A stretch of 63,502 nt of DNA, counting the filler, from Pelomyxa schiedti (Eukaryota > Protista > Evosea): NCBI GenBank assembly GCA_020536535.1. It is 8 parts of 8 records of this genome, joined end to end, with 100 filler letters (N's around TTAATTAATTAA, not from the genome) between each part and the next. Parts side by side here need not be neighbours in the genome. Positions count along the whole stretch, not along the records: positions 40,506 to 57,287 come from JAHLWZ010000137.1; 7 more parts are not named here. One strand, written 5' to 3'. The notes beneath the pieces were generated by a model. It saw only the letters and a list, made by a program, of their open reading frames with translations, was not told the origin of the DNA and did not search any database. Both the position numbers and the translations under genes were made by a program. How positions within the stretch are numbered: position 1 is the first letter of the stretch; every line of letters begins with the position of its first letter. This document shows, piece by piece, positions 43,702 through 56,565 of this stretch.

Positions 43702-45725
43702 TTATGGTGGGTTAGGTAGGGTCCCAAAGTAACGCAGCGCTTCCGCTACTTTCTTCTTCGAGAATCCGTGTTCAGGGCAGAGAGGTGCCTGCGTTTGTTG
43801 AGTGTTTCCTTAACAGAAAGGGAAAACCACAAACCAGAGGGTAGTCGGTTTCCGAAAGCGCGGAAGATGGGTTCTCATCGCTGGTGTACTGTGCCAGGGA
43901 TAATCCGGAGAGCGCGTAGCATGTGTGGTACAGGTCTCTGCCCCTATTGCATTGGGTTGGTTCTACAGAACAAACTCAATAGGCACACAGACTTGCCGGG
44001 TTTGTCTCGCAATCCACCACTCATATCTTGGCAGCAGTGTAGTACGTAGTGCTTCAGGGCAATCGGATCAAACAGCCACTCGTGATCACTTGTCAGTGCT
44101 GCCCTTGTTGGAAATTAGATTGGAAAGTGACTATAAAGGGTAACACACCCATTTGTCGCAGAAGCAACCAAAGGGAACACTGATCCCTGCCAAAAAGAGT
44201 AGCAACTATCAACGAGTTTATTTGTTCTTCCTTGAAATCCCCCTTCAAACACCATCTGCCTCTGAGACAACCAGTGCTGTGTAGATGTTGGAACTTGCCA
44301 GAAAAAAAAAGAGGGCACGTACCAGGAGGGCTGGGATGTCAATTACGTCCATCCGACCCAAAATATGAAGAGCGGCAACTCCACAGTACGCATAGCCTCC
44401 ATGAGCTTCATTTCCAGGAAATCCTCCAAGCCCCCCTTCATAGGTTTGGCATCTACCCTTGCAGGTTGAGATAAGTGATATTTAACTTTACACCATTGTA
44501 CCTCCCAATCCACTCGGCAGTACCAGCAACGAGAGCAGGCGTTAGGATGTTCAGAATAGCAGCTGTCGCGATGGCACAATAGGCTCCTCGAATATCAGTT
44601 TCACCGTCATCATGTGATATGAATGATCCATCTGGCTGCTTGATACGTAGAAGAAACTCCAACATTTTCTTCCTGTGAAAGAAGTTAAATGGGACTTGGC
44701 ACTTATTAGTAGCCCAACCTGTCAGTAATAGCAAAAGCAGGTCCACCAACTATCCCTATTGCCCTAGTAGCAGCGTAGGTCGCCGCTAGATGCGCAAGTT
44801 GTCCAATTCCACCTGCATAGCCACCTGTAGGGTGTTGACAGGCCGCTAGGGTACTGGCAACACTGTTTACTGTAATTAGGTAATCCAATAAGATAAACCA
44901 CATACTTCTGCGCAATAGTGGGAGGTAATGAGTGAAGTAGATCAAGTGCATTGAGAGACCAGTATAAAAGCCAGGGTTGAGATGCATCAAGAGATTGAAA
45001 GCTTGGTGGAAGATCCGCAATGCCTATTATTGAGCTCTAATGAGGTTTAAGGGATAGTTTGTTTATTTGTTACTTTTGAGTAGAAAGGTGATGTGTTCAG
45101 GATACAAGAGTTTAACTCTATTTCTTGTTAGATAGAGTTACGCAAATTTGAGCAGAAAAACAAACTGTGGACCGACAGGGTGATACAAAAACTTCAGTAT
45201 TAGGTTTTCCAAGTCAACTTGTTGAATAGAAGTCTCACTTGTACACCTGAACAATATTTTGTTTCCAAATTAAACTGGGGAAGGAAAAAAAATAATAAAT
45301 AACAAAAAAAAAAAGAGTTGTAGCAGACAACCCGTCATCTTTGAAACCACGCGTCTCTACTATAAGGTCATAATACGCTGCCATCTTTTTCCGCCTCGCG
45401 GCAGCAGTAGTCGCCTCGTCGTCCTCCCGTCGTACATCACCTTCGCCACCNNNNNNNNNNNNNNNNNNNNNNNNNNNNNNNNNNNNNNNNNNNNNNNNNN
45501 NNNNNNNNNNNNNNNNNNNNNNNNNNNNNNNNNNNNNNNNNNNNNNNNNNACCCGTCATCTTTGAAACCACGCGTCTCTACTATAAGGTCATAATACGCT
45601 GCCATCTTTTTCCGCCTCGCGGCAGCAGTAGTCGCCTCGTCGTCCTCCCGTCGTACATCACCTTCGCCACCTCCTTCAATCGCCTCAGTGCCGTTCCCAC
45701 TCGTTACACTAGGGTCCGTTGACAT
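43702..45725 (-). CDS. FNTB: Protein farnesyltransferase subunit beta (multi-exon; spans a gap with duplicated flanks)
   Basis: LDASQPWLLYW, CQHPTGGYAGGIGQLAHLAATYAA, GETDIRGAYCA, CQTYEGG...EAHGGYAYCG, FEGGFQGRTNKLVDSCYSFWQG, GGLRDKPGK. Confidence 0.92.
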
Positions 45726-45867
45726 TCCCCACCACTGTGGATCAAAAATGGGTCTGGTTTGTTTGAGAAAAATGAAATCAAAAAAGAAAAAAAAACACGT
45801 GAAGGTGGTGGTGACAACCTCGCAGGGGATTGGTGTCAAAGCCTTCGACACACCGCCACCACTACAT

Positions 45868-47085
45868 TCAGAAGCAATTGTGCCAATTGATGTCAATGAT
45901 ATCCATGGAACCAGGAGTGGGTGACAGAGCTTCAATGTGTAAAACAGATTGGCCTGTTGAGGCCTCTTGCAATTCAAGGCCTGTCCTGGGATCAAGGTGT
46001 ACAAGGAATCCTGGTTTCAGCCAGAATTGTCCATGAAGTGGAAATTCCCTTATTACCCTGGAAGGAGATACACTGGCATCCCAAATCCTGACATTGGAAC
46101 GTCCCAGGCACACACAGAACAAGTAATCATTGATTTGAGTAATGCCTGAATTGCTTTGAGGAGGTTGTAGTAGCACAGGCCCCCCTGTGCCTCTTTCCAG
46201 TTCATACACTCCAGACATTTCACTTTCAACAATTCCAACAATCAACACACAGGAGCCTTCCCTTCTGTGCATAACAAGAGCATACTCCAGTACAAGGTCA
46301 TTAGAACGTGACACATTAGGGAATTTGGCCTCAAATGTGTGAGTAACAGAGAGGTGCCGGCTTCTGTAGGACTGCAACACATCCCACACCAGTAGTACGG
46401 CGTCACATCCATCATCGCGTTTACACAGCATCATCACGCCTTGATTTTGCAGAGACTCACAGAGGTACATCCCTCTGCTACAATATTCCGCTGTCACAAC
46501 AGAGACAGGAAGCTCCACAGAGCCATTCAGCTGTGACTGTGGCCTCACAGTCAATGTGAGCCATTTGTCAGTGATTCTCCCCTTCATCAAGTACACATCC
46601 CACGCTTCACTTGATGCCCACCAGTCACCCTTCCCGCAGAGTGGCCTTCCACCAGGCTTCCCACACTCCCTGACACTGGTGACTCCACGCAACGGCGACA
46701 CACAGAATGACACCCACTTCACAGCCATTTCATCCAGCTGCTCACTGGTGCGCCCCCACGGCGGGTCACCTAACTCCCTTGTCACACGCAGCATCAGGCC
46801 AACAGTGACCTCGCTCTCTGTGAGCTTCTCAGCCAGACCCTCACACATAATCCTCATCACCACCGGCCCCTGCAACATAAGAGTCCTCACTGCCGAGTAA
46901 GCCCCACACCTGTTGTGTGTTCCGGTCAGAAATGCCAACAGGCAGTCTCTCAACGGCCCACTCAAACACCTTACAAAAGAACCCGTAGGGACAACATATT
47001 CGCATGGCGCTGACACACTCACTCCGTCCCCATATTCGTTAAAAAAGGTAGTTTCCCACTTGGTTGGTGCTGCTGTTGAGGCCAT
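45868..47085 (-). CDS. Divergent intronless member of the HxRCG-motif beta-rich family (405 aa)
   Basis: LRDCLLAFLTGTHNRCGAYSAVRTL, FCVSPLRGV, VRIWDAS, LELQEASTGQSVLHIE. Confidence 0.7.
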   Translation of the reverse strand: MASTAAPTKWETTFFNEYGDGVSVSAPCEYVVPTGSFVRCLSGPLRDCLLAFLTGTHNRCGAYSAVRTLMLQGPVVMRIMCEGLAEKLTESEVTVGLMLRVTRELGDPPWGRTSEQLDEMAVKWVSFCVSPLRGVTSVRECGKPGGRPLCGKGDWWASSEAWDVYLMKGRITDKWLTLTVRPQSQLNGSVELPVSVVTAEYCSRGMYLCESLQNQGVMMLCKRDDGCDAVLLVWDVLQSYRSRHLSVTHTFEAKFPNVSRSNDLVLEYALVMHRREGSCVLIVGIVESEMSGVYELERGTGGPVLLQPPQSNSGITQINDYLFCVCLGRSNVRIWDASVSPSRVIREFPLHGQFWLKPGFLVHLDPRTGLELQEASTGQSVLHIEALSPTPGSMDIIDINWHNCF

Positions 47086-47249
47086 GACTTGCGGGGAATT
47101 TTTTGATGATGGGTTCGTTTCCTTCTTCTTTGAAAAACCACATGATCAGNNNNNNNNNNNNNNNNNNNNNNNNNNNNNNNNNNNNNNNNNNNNNNNNNNN
47201 NNNNNNNNNNNNNNNNNNNNNNNNNNNNNNNNNNNNNNNNNNNNNNNNN

Positions 47250-50200
47250 AAATTGTGAGGTTGGTGGGTTCTGGTTACGGCGGCGATGTATTCCGTGAAG
47301 GCGGTATTGTGTTGTATGTTTGTGGGCACTGTGGGTGGCTGATAGGCCGCCATGTTGAAGTGAAACTCGAAGTTGTAAATGCCGGAACCGAGTTGAATCA
47401 TCAATTTCCCGTGCGGATCCTTCATGGTGTTAATGTGGGAATATTTCGGCGGGGAGGAAAGGGTAGCGGACCTTGGCAATAGCATGAATGCCGTTTACGC
47501 CGGTAGATGTCTGTGAAGAAGTGGTCCAAAGGAGGTGCCCGCCCTCTGTTACTTCAAGCAGTGGGAAATCTGGAAATCGTCAGGAACGAAGGTATTCAGA
47601 GCGGAAACATACTTGGGGTATAAAGCCTGGCCTTTGCGTTGTGAGGGATTGTAAGGGATATCTGGTATTTATCATCACTCTTCCATTGCCAATCCACAGA
47701 AATAAGCCCTTTGGTTGTGTGGTATTGTGCTTTAACCCATTTAAGCTCCGAGTTGCGTAGCCGTGGGGGTTGGATGAGTATTTCATTGAGTCCGTTTGGA
47801 TTAATCTAGGAAAAACGTGAGAAAAAAGAAAACCTTTTTTGTGCATACGCCTGCAAGGTAGCGGTAAAACCAGGCATCAATGGATCCAAACATGATGTGA
47901 TTTCTGCTGTTTGCACGTGGGCCCACAAACGGAGCATTCCAGTCCTCCACCAAGTTAAAACTTGGTTAGTTTTTTGCAGGATTATACCTCCCAAAGGGTG
48001 GTCGCATTTTCGTAAGGATTGGTAAACATGTAGCCGTAACTTGGATAGTCTGTTTGGGTAGCTATAGAAAGAGCCAAGCTATCATAACCAAGATCGCTTA
48101 ATAACGGGAAAAGATATCTGGGCAGTTCTTATTGCTAATATTGGAAGAGAAAATTTCATACTTAATTCCGATGATGCCTGAAGTGCTGTGATTTCCATGG
48201 GCAGAAATGTCAGATATCAGAGATGTCACAATGTCACTCTTTCTTGCATTAAGGCAACTCATATGAAGCAAGGTCTAACCTGTAGTTCTGAGGGAACAAC
48301 CCCGGGAAGGGATAAGGCCAGGATATTAGCAGTTTGCTTTCCCTCAGCATAACCCTTGATGCTTTGATTGTAAAATGCATCATGGAACTCCTTGTGGAAA
48401 GTTAAAAAAGAGTTTGCATCTAGCTTAACCTTTGCAAAGGAATCGTAAAGTGCAGCATAGTATCTATTGGTATCAGACATATTAAGAGGAAAGCAAGAAC
48501 ACACTCCGAGTCACTTTCTTTATTTAGCAGTGCAGCAATTCCGCTAATCTGTTGGAGCCCAAGCTCCAGCGCAAACGAGGAGCAAAGAGACTGGTTGGTA
48601 GTTGTGTATGGGGGAGGTGGTTCCCAGTCACCTGCATTTTTTCTTATTCATAATCTTTCCCAAAGAATGCAGTACCGTAGTTGTAATACATTTTTCCCAA
48701 TCCCGTAGCGTTTGCTTGAGTGACAAGGAAATCCACCCAGTTTTTAGCAACGTCATAGTACTCTTCAGCAGTCTCCAAGTCCCCATAGTGGTCGGCAATG
48801 AGGTATACGAGGGAAGGCAAGACCGCACCCCAGCTTGGGGAAGAATTAGATAAGAAAGAAATTGAAATTCACACACAAAGGATCAGCAACAGTTTTCCCG
48901 TTTTGGTAAGGAACGGTATCCGGAATCGATCCATCTGTAGCTTGTGCGTTTTTAATTTGAAGCAACCAGTTAGACCAAAATGTATGCTTGGGAATGTTAA
49001 ATGTCGAAAGTCACAGGAGTTGAAATATGCTCACTAAATCAAAATTGAAAATAGCTTCATCACTAGAGCAGTGAGTATCTCCAGTCCAGCCATCGCGTTC
49101 ATCACGCTGGGTGCAAGCTTTGCTATTTTAGCTTTCAGAAAGTAGTTTTCATGATACGTGTCGGAATTCCCATTAAGTTTCCTTGCTGTCCCCATACAGT
49201 ATTAGAGTGAATTTGGTTAATGACTGGGTCTGATGAAGAAAATGATGACACCTAAAGTGGGGTAAACACATTTCTACCCATTCTGTTATGTGTGCAAGTA
49301 CCTTTGTGGCATCAGTATTAACAACAACCCCAGTGATGCTCAGTCTTGTCATATCATGCCATGATCCCCGTACCTGTATGAAGCTTCATAACAACAAAAC
49401 AATACTCTTCCCTATACCTCTACATATCGGAAACCATGGTAGGTAAATCTTGGCTCAAAAACTTCATCAGAAACTGTGCTGCCTTGCATGATATACTGAT
49501 CGGTCTGATCAGCAGCTCGTAAACTATCTGTATAGATCATGCCAGTGTATATTCCATCCTGCAACTGTTCCAGTGTTTCCGCGTATTTGATCTGGTAGCA
49601 CGGTCAACTCTTTGAGAAAGAAAAACCTAGGCATTTACAGTAATGGTGACTCCAGCAGGCCCACGTAAATTCAGTCTAACCTTAGTAGTTTGAGTTTGAC
49701 AATTCATAGGATGAATATCTACCCATCCAACAAAATTCTGACCGAAGTCAAATACCCACGTGTTTAGACATGGATTCTTCACTGAAACAGGTGACAGTTC
49801 CGTTGTCTAAAAGAATGAGCGTTTTTAACAAAAAAATAAGTGTGAATGCCATGGTTCTAATAGCTGGACCTTGCATTGGAATATACTCTCCTCCAGGTGA
49901 ATCCATTTTGTCCGCGGAAAGCCAAAGTGAGTACTTATCAATAAATGGAACGGAGGCCCAACTGTTTCTTAACAAGCGGGCATCAATGTGCTCTCCACTG
50001 TAGACACTATCCTGTTTTCACTCGTTGAGCAAAGAAAGAGGTCACTTTGATTACATAAATAATGGCGCTTTGTCTTCCTGTCCACGTTGTGTCCGAACTT
50101 ATTGTCTTGGTAGTGCCATCAGAAAAGGTTACCAAGAGGGTAAAAATAAGCCTTGGAGGGCCATATTGAGGGTGATCTTTGGAGGAAATCCATTGATCCT

Positions 50201-51199
50201 AAGGAATTAAAATGGAGCAATTTTAGTGGGGGAGCAACCTGTGAATACCATCCATTTCCAAGACGAAGTCCTACACAATTTGATCCAGTGGAGAGTAGAG
50301 ACGTCACATTAAAAGTATTGTAAATGATATGTTTCTGTTGTTCCAAAGGGTCAGTAAACAACAGGGATAATTGGCACTACTTCGTAGTATGTCCATGTGG
50401 GATCTAACTTTCTTGTTGGATCGACTTCTTGACCATTGAATAGTAACTCATAATAGCCGAGTCCAGCAATATAAGCAATTGCAGAACTAACTTTCTTGCT
50501 GAGTTCAAATTCCTTGAAAATGGGTAGTGAAAAAACTTGAAACAACTTGCAAAACTTGCTTGTACCTTCCTCAGTTCATTCATCTGAATCTTTTGGCTGC
50601 CTATCCAAGATGCTGTCTCAAATATTGTTGGGTCACTGCTTAAAAATTCTCCCCCTAGAAATGGTTGTGAAACTCTTCCTAAGTTGTCCCATACCTGAAA
50701 TGATGTTGGTAGAAAAAGGAACCTATGGGAAACTCAAACCGTTACAAACCACTGGTAATAGGTATGTGGAGACAATGGAAGTGGCCCAGAGTACACGACA
50801 TTGGAAGATTGATTTGAGGAAACAATGCCACTGGACCATGTGGTTTTCCCCATTACTGCCAGCTCAAGTGTGTATGCGGTCTGCATAACCCCTCTTTCAC
50901 CTATGAAGGTGATTTTTTTCACAAAAAGAAAGGTCCCAATGCTCAGAGAAACCATTCAAGTGTCAGCACATACCGTCACGGGGTGCAGCGATTTTCCATT
51001 CAAAAACAGGTGGGCGGCTGCTGTCCACCATTGCCCGCGACAGCGGCCCAACGTCGCCGCCGCAGCACCGCCCCCCGGCAACCCGCAGCGAGTCGTTGTC
51101 CCTCTCTGCCGACATTGGAACCGATGGCGTAATGGCCCCCGCGGCCACAATCAGGCTCGCCATTGTCGTCAACAACCACCGCACGTGCACGTGTGCCAT
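47250..51199 (-). CDS. Secreted alpha-L-rhamnosidase, glycoside hydrolase family 78 (many introns)
   Basis: Signal-like N-terminus; QTAY...WSSG, AYIAGLGYYELLFNG, GLRLGNGWY, DFGQNFVG, EPRFTYHGFRYVE, CTQRDERDGWTGD, LGSGIYNF. Confidence 0.85.
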
Positions 51200-51408
51200 T
51201 GACTCCCCCCCAACCCAGAGGCTTTATTATTTTTTTTATGATTTTTCGTTCTCGAAAAACAACGTTTGACAAGGCAGCAGGGCAATCAGAGAGTTTGTTT
51301 CCACGTTTTTCTTTCTTTTTTTTTTTTGCATTGCAACGTGTGGCATGGGATTTGTGACTTTTATTATTGGGGGTTCTGTACAGGATCAGATCTTGTTGTT
51401 GTAATTAA

Positions 51409-51884
51409 TCAAGTGCGTTCACCCCTTATCCTGCGTGCTAGTTGTAGATCCTTGGGCATCACTGTCACTCTCTTTGCATCTATTTGTCTTATGTTATTAT
51501 ACCGTACCCACAGCGGAAATGATATTATAACTAATAATAATAACAATAATATAAACATAAAATGCACGATGCGGAAATTTGAAACTTAATAACGTTTAGA
51601 CGGAAAAAGGAATATGCAATATGGGCTAACTACACACGTAGGGCACAGAGGTTACTGTCCTCAAAGAGAGACACCAAGTACATCTCGGCGCTTTCCTGAA
51701 GTGCCTCGATGGCACTCGCTTGGAACCTGAGGTCGTTCTTGAACTCCTGGGCTATCTCACGGACCAGGCGCTGGAACGGCAGCTTGTGGATCAACAAATC
51801 GGTGCTCTTCTGGTACCTTCGTATCTCCCTGAGGGCGACTGTGCCCGGGCGGAACCTGTGCGGCTTCTTGATGAACGCCGCAAT
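51409..51884 (-). CDS. H3: Histone H3 variant, core and C-terminal exons
   Basis: [41 protein letters not shown]...NLCAL, intron, then [23 protein letters not shown]-stop (exon 51409-51479). Confidence 0.93.
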
Positions 51885-52002
51885 NNNNNNNNNNNNNNNN
51901 NNNNNNNNNNNNNNNNNNNNNNNNNNNNNNNNNNNNNNNNNNNNNNNNNNNNNNNNNNNNNNNNNNNNNNNNNNNNNNNNNNNNGATTGAGGATGTGAAC
52001 GT

Positions 52003-53307
52003 TTAAGTAGAACGTTGGACGACGTAAACGGGAACTGTGCTGACAATAAGGCTCTCTAGGGATATACTCCTGACACCAAGTTCGTGTATGTTGTCAGATA
52101 TCTTTGGTGTCACAAGCACCATGACACCACTGGGGTTGCCGAACCTGCCAAACTGCTCCAGAATGGAATCACACTGAACCGGCCAGCAGAATCCATAGTA
52201 CACATCAAAGGAACCAAAGGTAGGGCATCCACTGTTACCGTAGGCACGTGGTTCTGACACTAGGTTGCGATGTATGTTGTTTGGATGGTTAAGTGCCTCA
52301 CGGCGGGTTGCCGCAGTGCCGGATTTGCACAATTCCACATACTCTGGGGTGTAGAAGCTGCCATGGTAAGCCTCGCATGATCCAATAACAGTTTCACAAT
52401 CAACAGGGGGGCTATCGGTATTCCGCTGTGAAGGTAGTACTTCTTTGCGGTTCCGCTGGTATGGAGGGAATACACTCCGCTCATTGCAGCATTGATAGAC
52501 CTTGCGTGCTTGAACAACGAGATTGCTGAACAGTTCCACGCCGGTAACTCTGTAACCCCGCCAGCCCCAGGCAATACTACTGGTTCCGGACCCACATCCC
52601 ATGTCCAATACTCTGTATTTGATTTAGTATGCAGGCAAAGAATGCATTATGCTGTATACAGCATCTTATGAATGTAAACCTATCACCGGGCCTGCATATT
52701 CCCATTTTCTCCACCGCATTGATAACATCCATTAGTATTGTCCATTCCAATGCCTTCCAGTCGATTTCCGTCATTGCTCTTCCAAGTGCGCTTGCCCACC
52801 TTTGAACAAGTAAGAACCCACTGAAAAAAAATAGGAAGAGTAGCTAACCAAACAAATCGCCATTCAGCAGTGCAGAATTATGTTTATGTTATTATTATTA
52901 ATAACGGTGGGATAGCCCTCCGTAAATAGAAACAAAAAACAAAAAAAACCAAGGAAATAGAAGAAGAAGAAGAAGAAGAAGAAGCCATCACGTACCGACC
53001 TGAACATAGCCTCGGCCACCCCCTCCTTGTCACTCTGGTCCACAACAGATTTCAAATAGAAGTCCAGCCCCAACCACCCACCACCACTCCCGGTCCCGCT
53101 CCCAGTCCCAGTCCCAGTCCCAGTCCCAGTCCCAGTCCCAGTCCCAGTCCCAGTCCCGGTCTCGTGGTCATGACCACTGCCGCCTCGTGGTGGTCCCTTG
53201 CGCGCCGCCGTGGCCGAGACCGCGAGCGCCGTTGGGGGCGGCGGCGGTGGTGGTGGAGGAGCAGGCGGCGCCGTGATAGGAATTGTGGGTGGTGGTTGTG
53301 CATCCAT
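52003..53307 (-). CDS. Class I SAM-dependent methyltransferase-like protein with Pro- and (TG)-rich N-terminus
   Basis: VLDMGCGSGTSS (motif I), VTGVEL (acidic residue at end of strand 2), FDVYYGFCWP; upstream exons to ATG 53307. Confidence 0.65.
53090..53158. repeat. (CCCAGT)n hexamer microsatellite (coding TG repeat)
   Basis: About 9 perfect cccagt units plus variants. Confidence 0.9.
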
Positions 53308-53386
53308 CGTCGCTGCTCGGCGCCTGATGCTTCGCAAAAGGGTTTAATTCACAAAAAAATTATGTTTCGGGGATGCTGCACCAGCG

Positions 53387-54948
53387 TCAGCTGTTGTTTG
53401 AGACTGTGAAAAGAGCGGCAGTGAGTGCTGAGAAGTTGGGCAGGGGCTTGGTGCCAAGTGTGATGCTGGATTCTTCGGCAGTCCCAATTGTGGGACTGTG
53501 GTGCTGGGCGGGTGAGCCTGTGTTAACATTGTGGGACTGGTGTTGATGTTGGTGTGAATGAATACCAGGGGATGTGTTGGTGGTGTGGGTATTATTAGTA
53601 TCTGATGGGGTGTGAGATTGGGATTCATTATGTTGTTGGATATGGTGGTGCTGTGGCAACTGTTGTTGGTGAGTGGTGGCAACTGGAATTTGCATGTTTC
53701 CAAAGTCGAAATGTTGTTGGAGAAGTGATGATAGGGACGGTGTTGGCCCGGCGGTGGATTCCCAGTTATGGGAGGAGCCATGTGCTGATGTAGATGTTGT
53801 ACCCGGTGATGCCGGAATGGCTATTGTGGGATGCTGCGGTGATGAAAATTGGGAAAACAGCATGGAGAGGCTTTCTTGCTGTTTGGATGCGGAACCGGTT
53901 TTTGCTTCTGGTGCTATTGGGGATGAAGTTCTTCTTCTTTTGGTGTGGTTAAGTTGAGTTACCGGTGGTGTAATATCTGGGTGCTGAGAAAGGGTGTGCT
54001 GTAGATGGACGCCGGTGAGTGGAGCTTGTGAGTTGTGTTCCCCTGATAGCGCGCTTTCTCTGACGTGGTCTCCTCTTTGCTCGTGCTAGATTTGGAATTA
54101 ATGGAGGAAAGGGTATAAGGAAGAATCTATACCCCGTATATGTGCCTGGAGAAGTTATTGGCCATCTTCTTGTTGCAGTATTCAAAGAAGCACTCATAGT
54201 TCCCATCCCGGTCCTTAGCAAACAACTTTGCTCCGTATTGCTCAATCTGCCTGTGCAAATCGGCTCCAACGAACATTCCACTTTGACTTGGATTGACGGA
54301 AGCCGTATGCAGTGCCTGACGGGAACCCCTTCTTCTCCTGCCCGTTCCATTGCTAGTTGAGGATGAAGGCTCCGTGACAGGAGTAGTTGCAAGGATGGGG
54401 TCATGGTGCTGTTCTCGAGTGGCGTTATGCTGAAAAAGAAACATCTGTAAGTCTGCCATGTGCTCTAATTTGAGTCCCGGATGCTGTGTGAACACTCGAA
54501 TTTGGTCCAGTAGTTTATCTGTGTTGTCTAGCCACTGGGAAGGCCCTCCTATTTCATCAGGATGACTCACCACCCCGGATTCCGGGTGATATGACATGAC
54601 AGAACTTGTTCTTCTTGCAAGGTCCGCAGCCAACTCAATAGGTGGTGAGTGCCCCCTAGAGTCGCGGATAGGTCTGCTTGTTGGAGAAGGAGTAGTGGAT
54701 GAGGATGGGGACACTGAGGGAGACTGTGATATAGAAGGAGGTGATAATTGGCTATCTTCAGAGTTCTGGTATCCACCTGATGGTTGACTCCCAGAATCGG
54801 GATTCCCGGGTGTAGACTCTAAAATTTGTAAAAAAAATAAACGGAAATCTATAGGAACCGCACCTTTTTGCTTAGCTGAATTACCCTCACATAAAAGAAA
54901 TGAAAGCGAAAGTTTGTTCGGGGAATTCCCCTCATCAGTCGTACTCAT
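53387..54948 (-). CDS. Low-complexity protein with one atypical C2H2-like finger (putative transcription factor)
   Basis: YECFFEYCNKKMANNFSRHIYG|HEQ, with an intron between the two His; NLS-like KRRR; H/Q-rich C-terminus. Confidence 0.55.
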
Positions 54949-55179
54949 GGTGGGGCACCCTGATGACCCAGTCTCACTAGCTATGTTTGATTGTGAAACA
55001 AGAGGGGGAGAACAACGCTCTTTGTAATCAACGTTGGTAGGTACCAGTGCAGTACTGGTCTCCTCAGACTATGTAATAANNNNNNNNNNNNNNNNNNNNN
55101 NNNNNNNNNNNNNNNNNNNNNNNNNNNNNNNNNNNNNNNNNNNNNNNNNNNNNNNNNNNNNNNNNNNNNNNNNNNNNNN

Positions 55180-56465
55180 GTACATGTACGAGGAAATGTT
55201 CGAGAACGAAGTGAAGCGGGGGGCGGTGCTGGGGAACCCTCGCGTCGTCGGGCCGGCTCCTCGCCGACTCGTGCGCCCCGCGTGCTTGCTGTTTGGCACA
55301 TTATTAATTATGTCACATTTGACATCTTACGGAATGGTATGCACTCGCGGGGTGTGATTCAAGATCATTTATTTCAGTGTTATATTACTCTTTAATAACA
55401 CTAATTAATAAACCGTAACCGTTATTTATTGTGGTGTTCGTTTTCGGGTATTATTGCCTATTTATTATCAAACACACACTACAGGTATTGAAGGCTTGCT
55501 GGGTTGTTGTTGCGTACTTGGTGCTGGATTTGTGCTCAAGGTGTTTCGCAAGGAGGGGTCTCCACATGATATTGCACTTGGTGTGCTGTTCATTATATAT
55601 TATTAATTGTAGTTGTAGTTTCAACTCACTAAAAATCAAAGGTTATGTACGCGTTTCTACCTGAGATATACTTCTTTTTCTTGGGCCATCTGAGGGGATT
55701 TTCTATTGTGCGGAGGTACATACACAATACATACCATGGAAAACCTGTAACAACAGAGGATGCCAAGGTATCGAATAATAAAAGTACCCTTATTTGCAAC
55801 TCACTTCGGTTTATTATAGAAAATCGTGATGCTGGAGAAAGATTTGCCCAGAATTGATGTGGGTGAGAGAATACTCCCGTTCAAGGAAGTTAGGGAAATG
55901 GCACTCTCAGCTAATGGTACAATTGGGGTTGTACAATGCATTTGCAGGACCCTGGCTCGCAAGAAAAATCCTGGTGAAAAACCCAAGTGCGGACCATCCC
56001 AGGTACTTCCCTAGCAGTCTTTACCTAGTGACCTTTTTTTCAGGTTTGCATGGTATTTGGGTTATCTGAGTTTGTCTGCAAAAGAAAGGGTGGTCGGCTA
56101 ATCACAAAGCAAGAAGCTCTGGATATACTAGACGAACAGCATCGCCTGGGCCACGTGCACAATGTCTACTTCAAAAATATCTTCAATGGCTTCTTTGCTA
56201 TTTGCAATTGCTGGTATAATCCTCTCCTCATCCAAAATAAAACCCAACACCATTCCTTAGCAAGTGCTGCTGTAAGAGCATGGCAGCAATGGTGGCATTT
56301 GGCAGAAGTTTAACCAGCTCCGGCTATGTTGCAAATGTACCTTGTATTATGAAATGCAATTTACAACTAACTCTTCAACAGGTTGACACAAACAAGTGTT
56401 GTGGATGCAGTGCCTGTGCTAACACTTGCCCATTCAATGCCATTGAAATGAAAGATAGAAGACCT
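55180..56465 (+). CDS. Anaerobe-type 4Fe-4S dicluster protein with ICNCCxCCC motif (partial at both gaps, introns present)
   Basis: Spliced: TYHGKPVTTEDAK|IVMLEKD...ILPFKEVRE...VVQCICR...CGPSQ|VCMVFG...RLITKQEALDILDEQHRLGHVH...FAICNC|CKCCC...SSGYVAN|VDTNKCCGCSACANTCPFNAIEM. Confidence 0.82.
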
Positions 56466-56565
56466 NNNNNNNNNNNNNNNNNNNNNNNNNNNNNNNNNNN
56501 NNNNNNNNNNNNNNNNNNNNNNNNNNNNNNNNNNNNNNNNNNNNNNNNNNNNNNNNNNNNNNNNN

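Noticed and set aside
51630-51660. C-terminally truncated H3 ending LCALRV
   Set aside because: An intron leads to the canonical HAKRVT...RGERT exon at 51409-51479.
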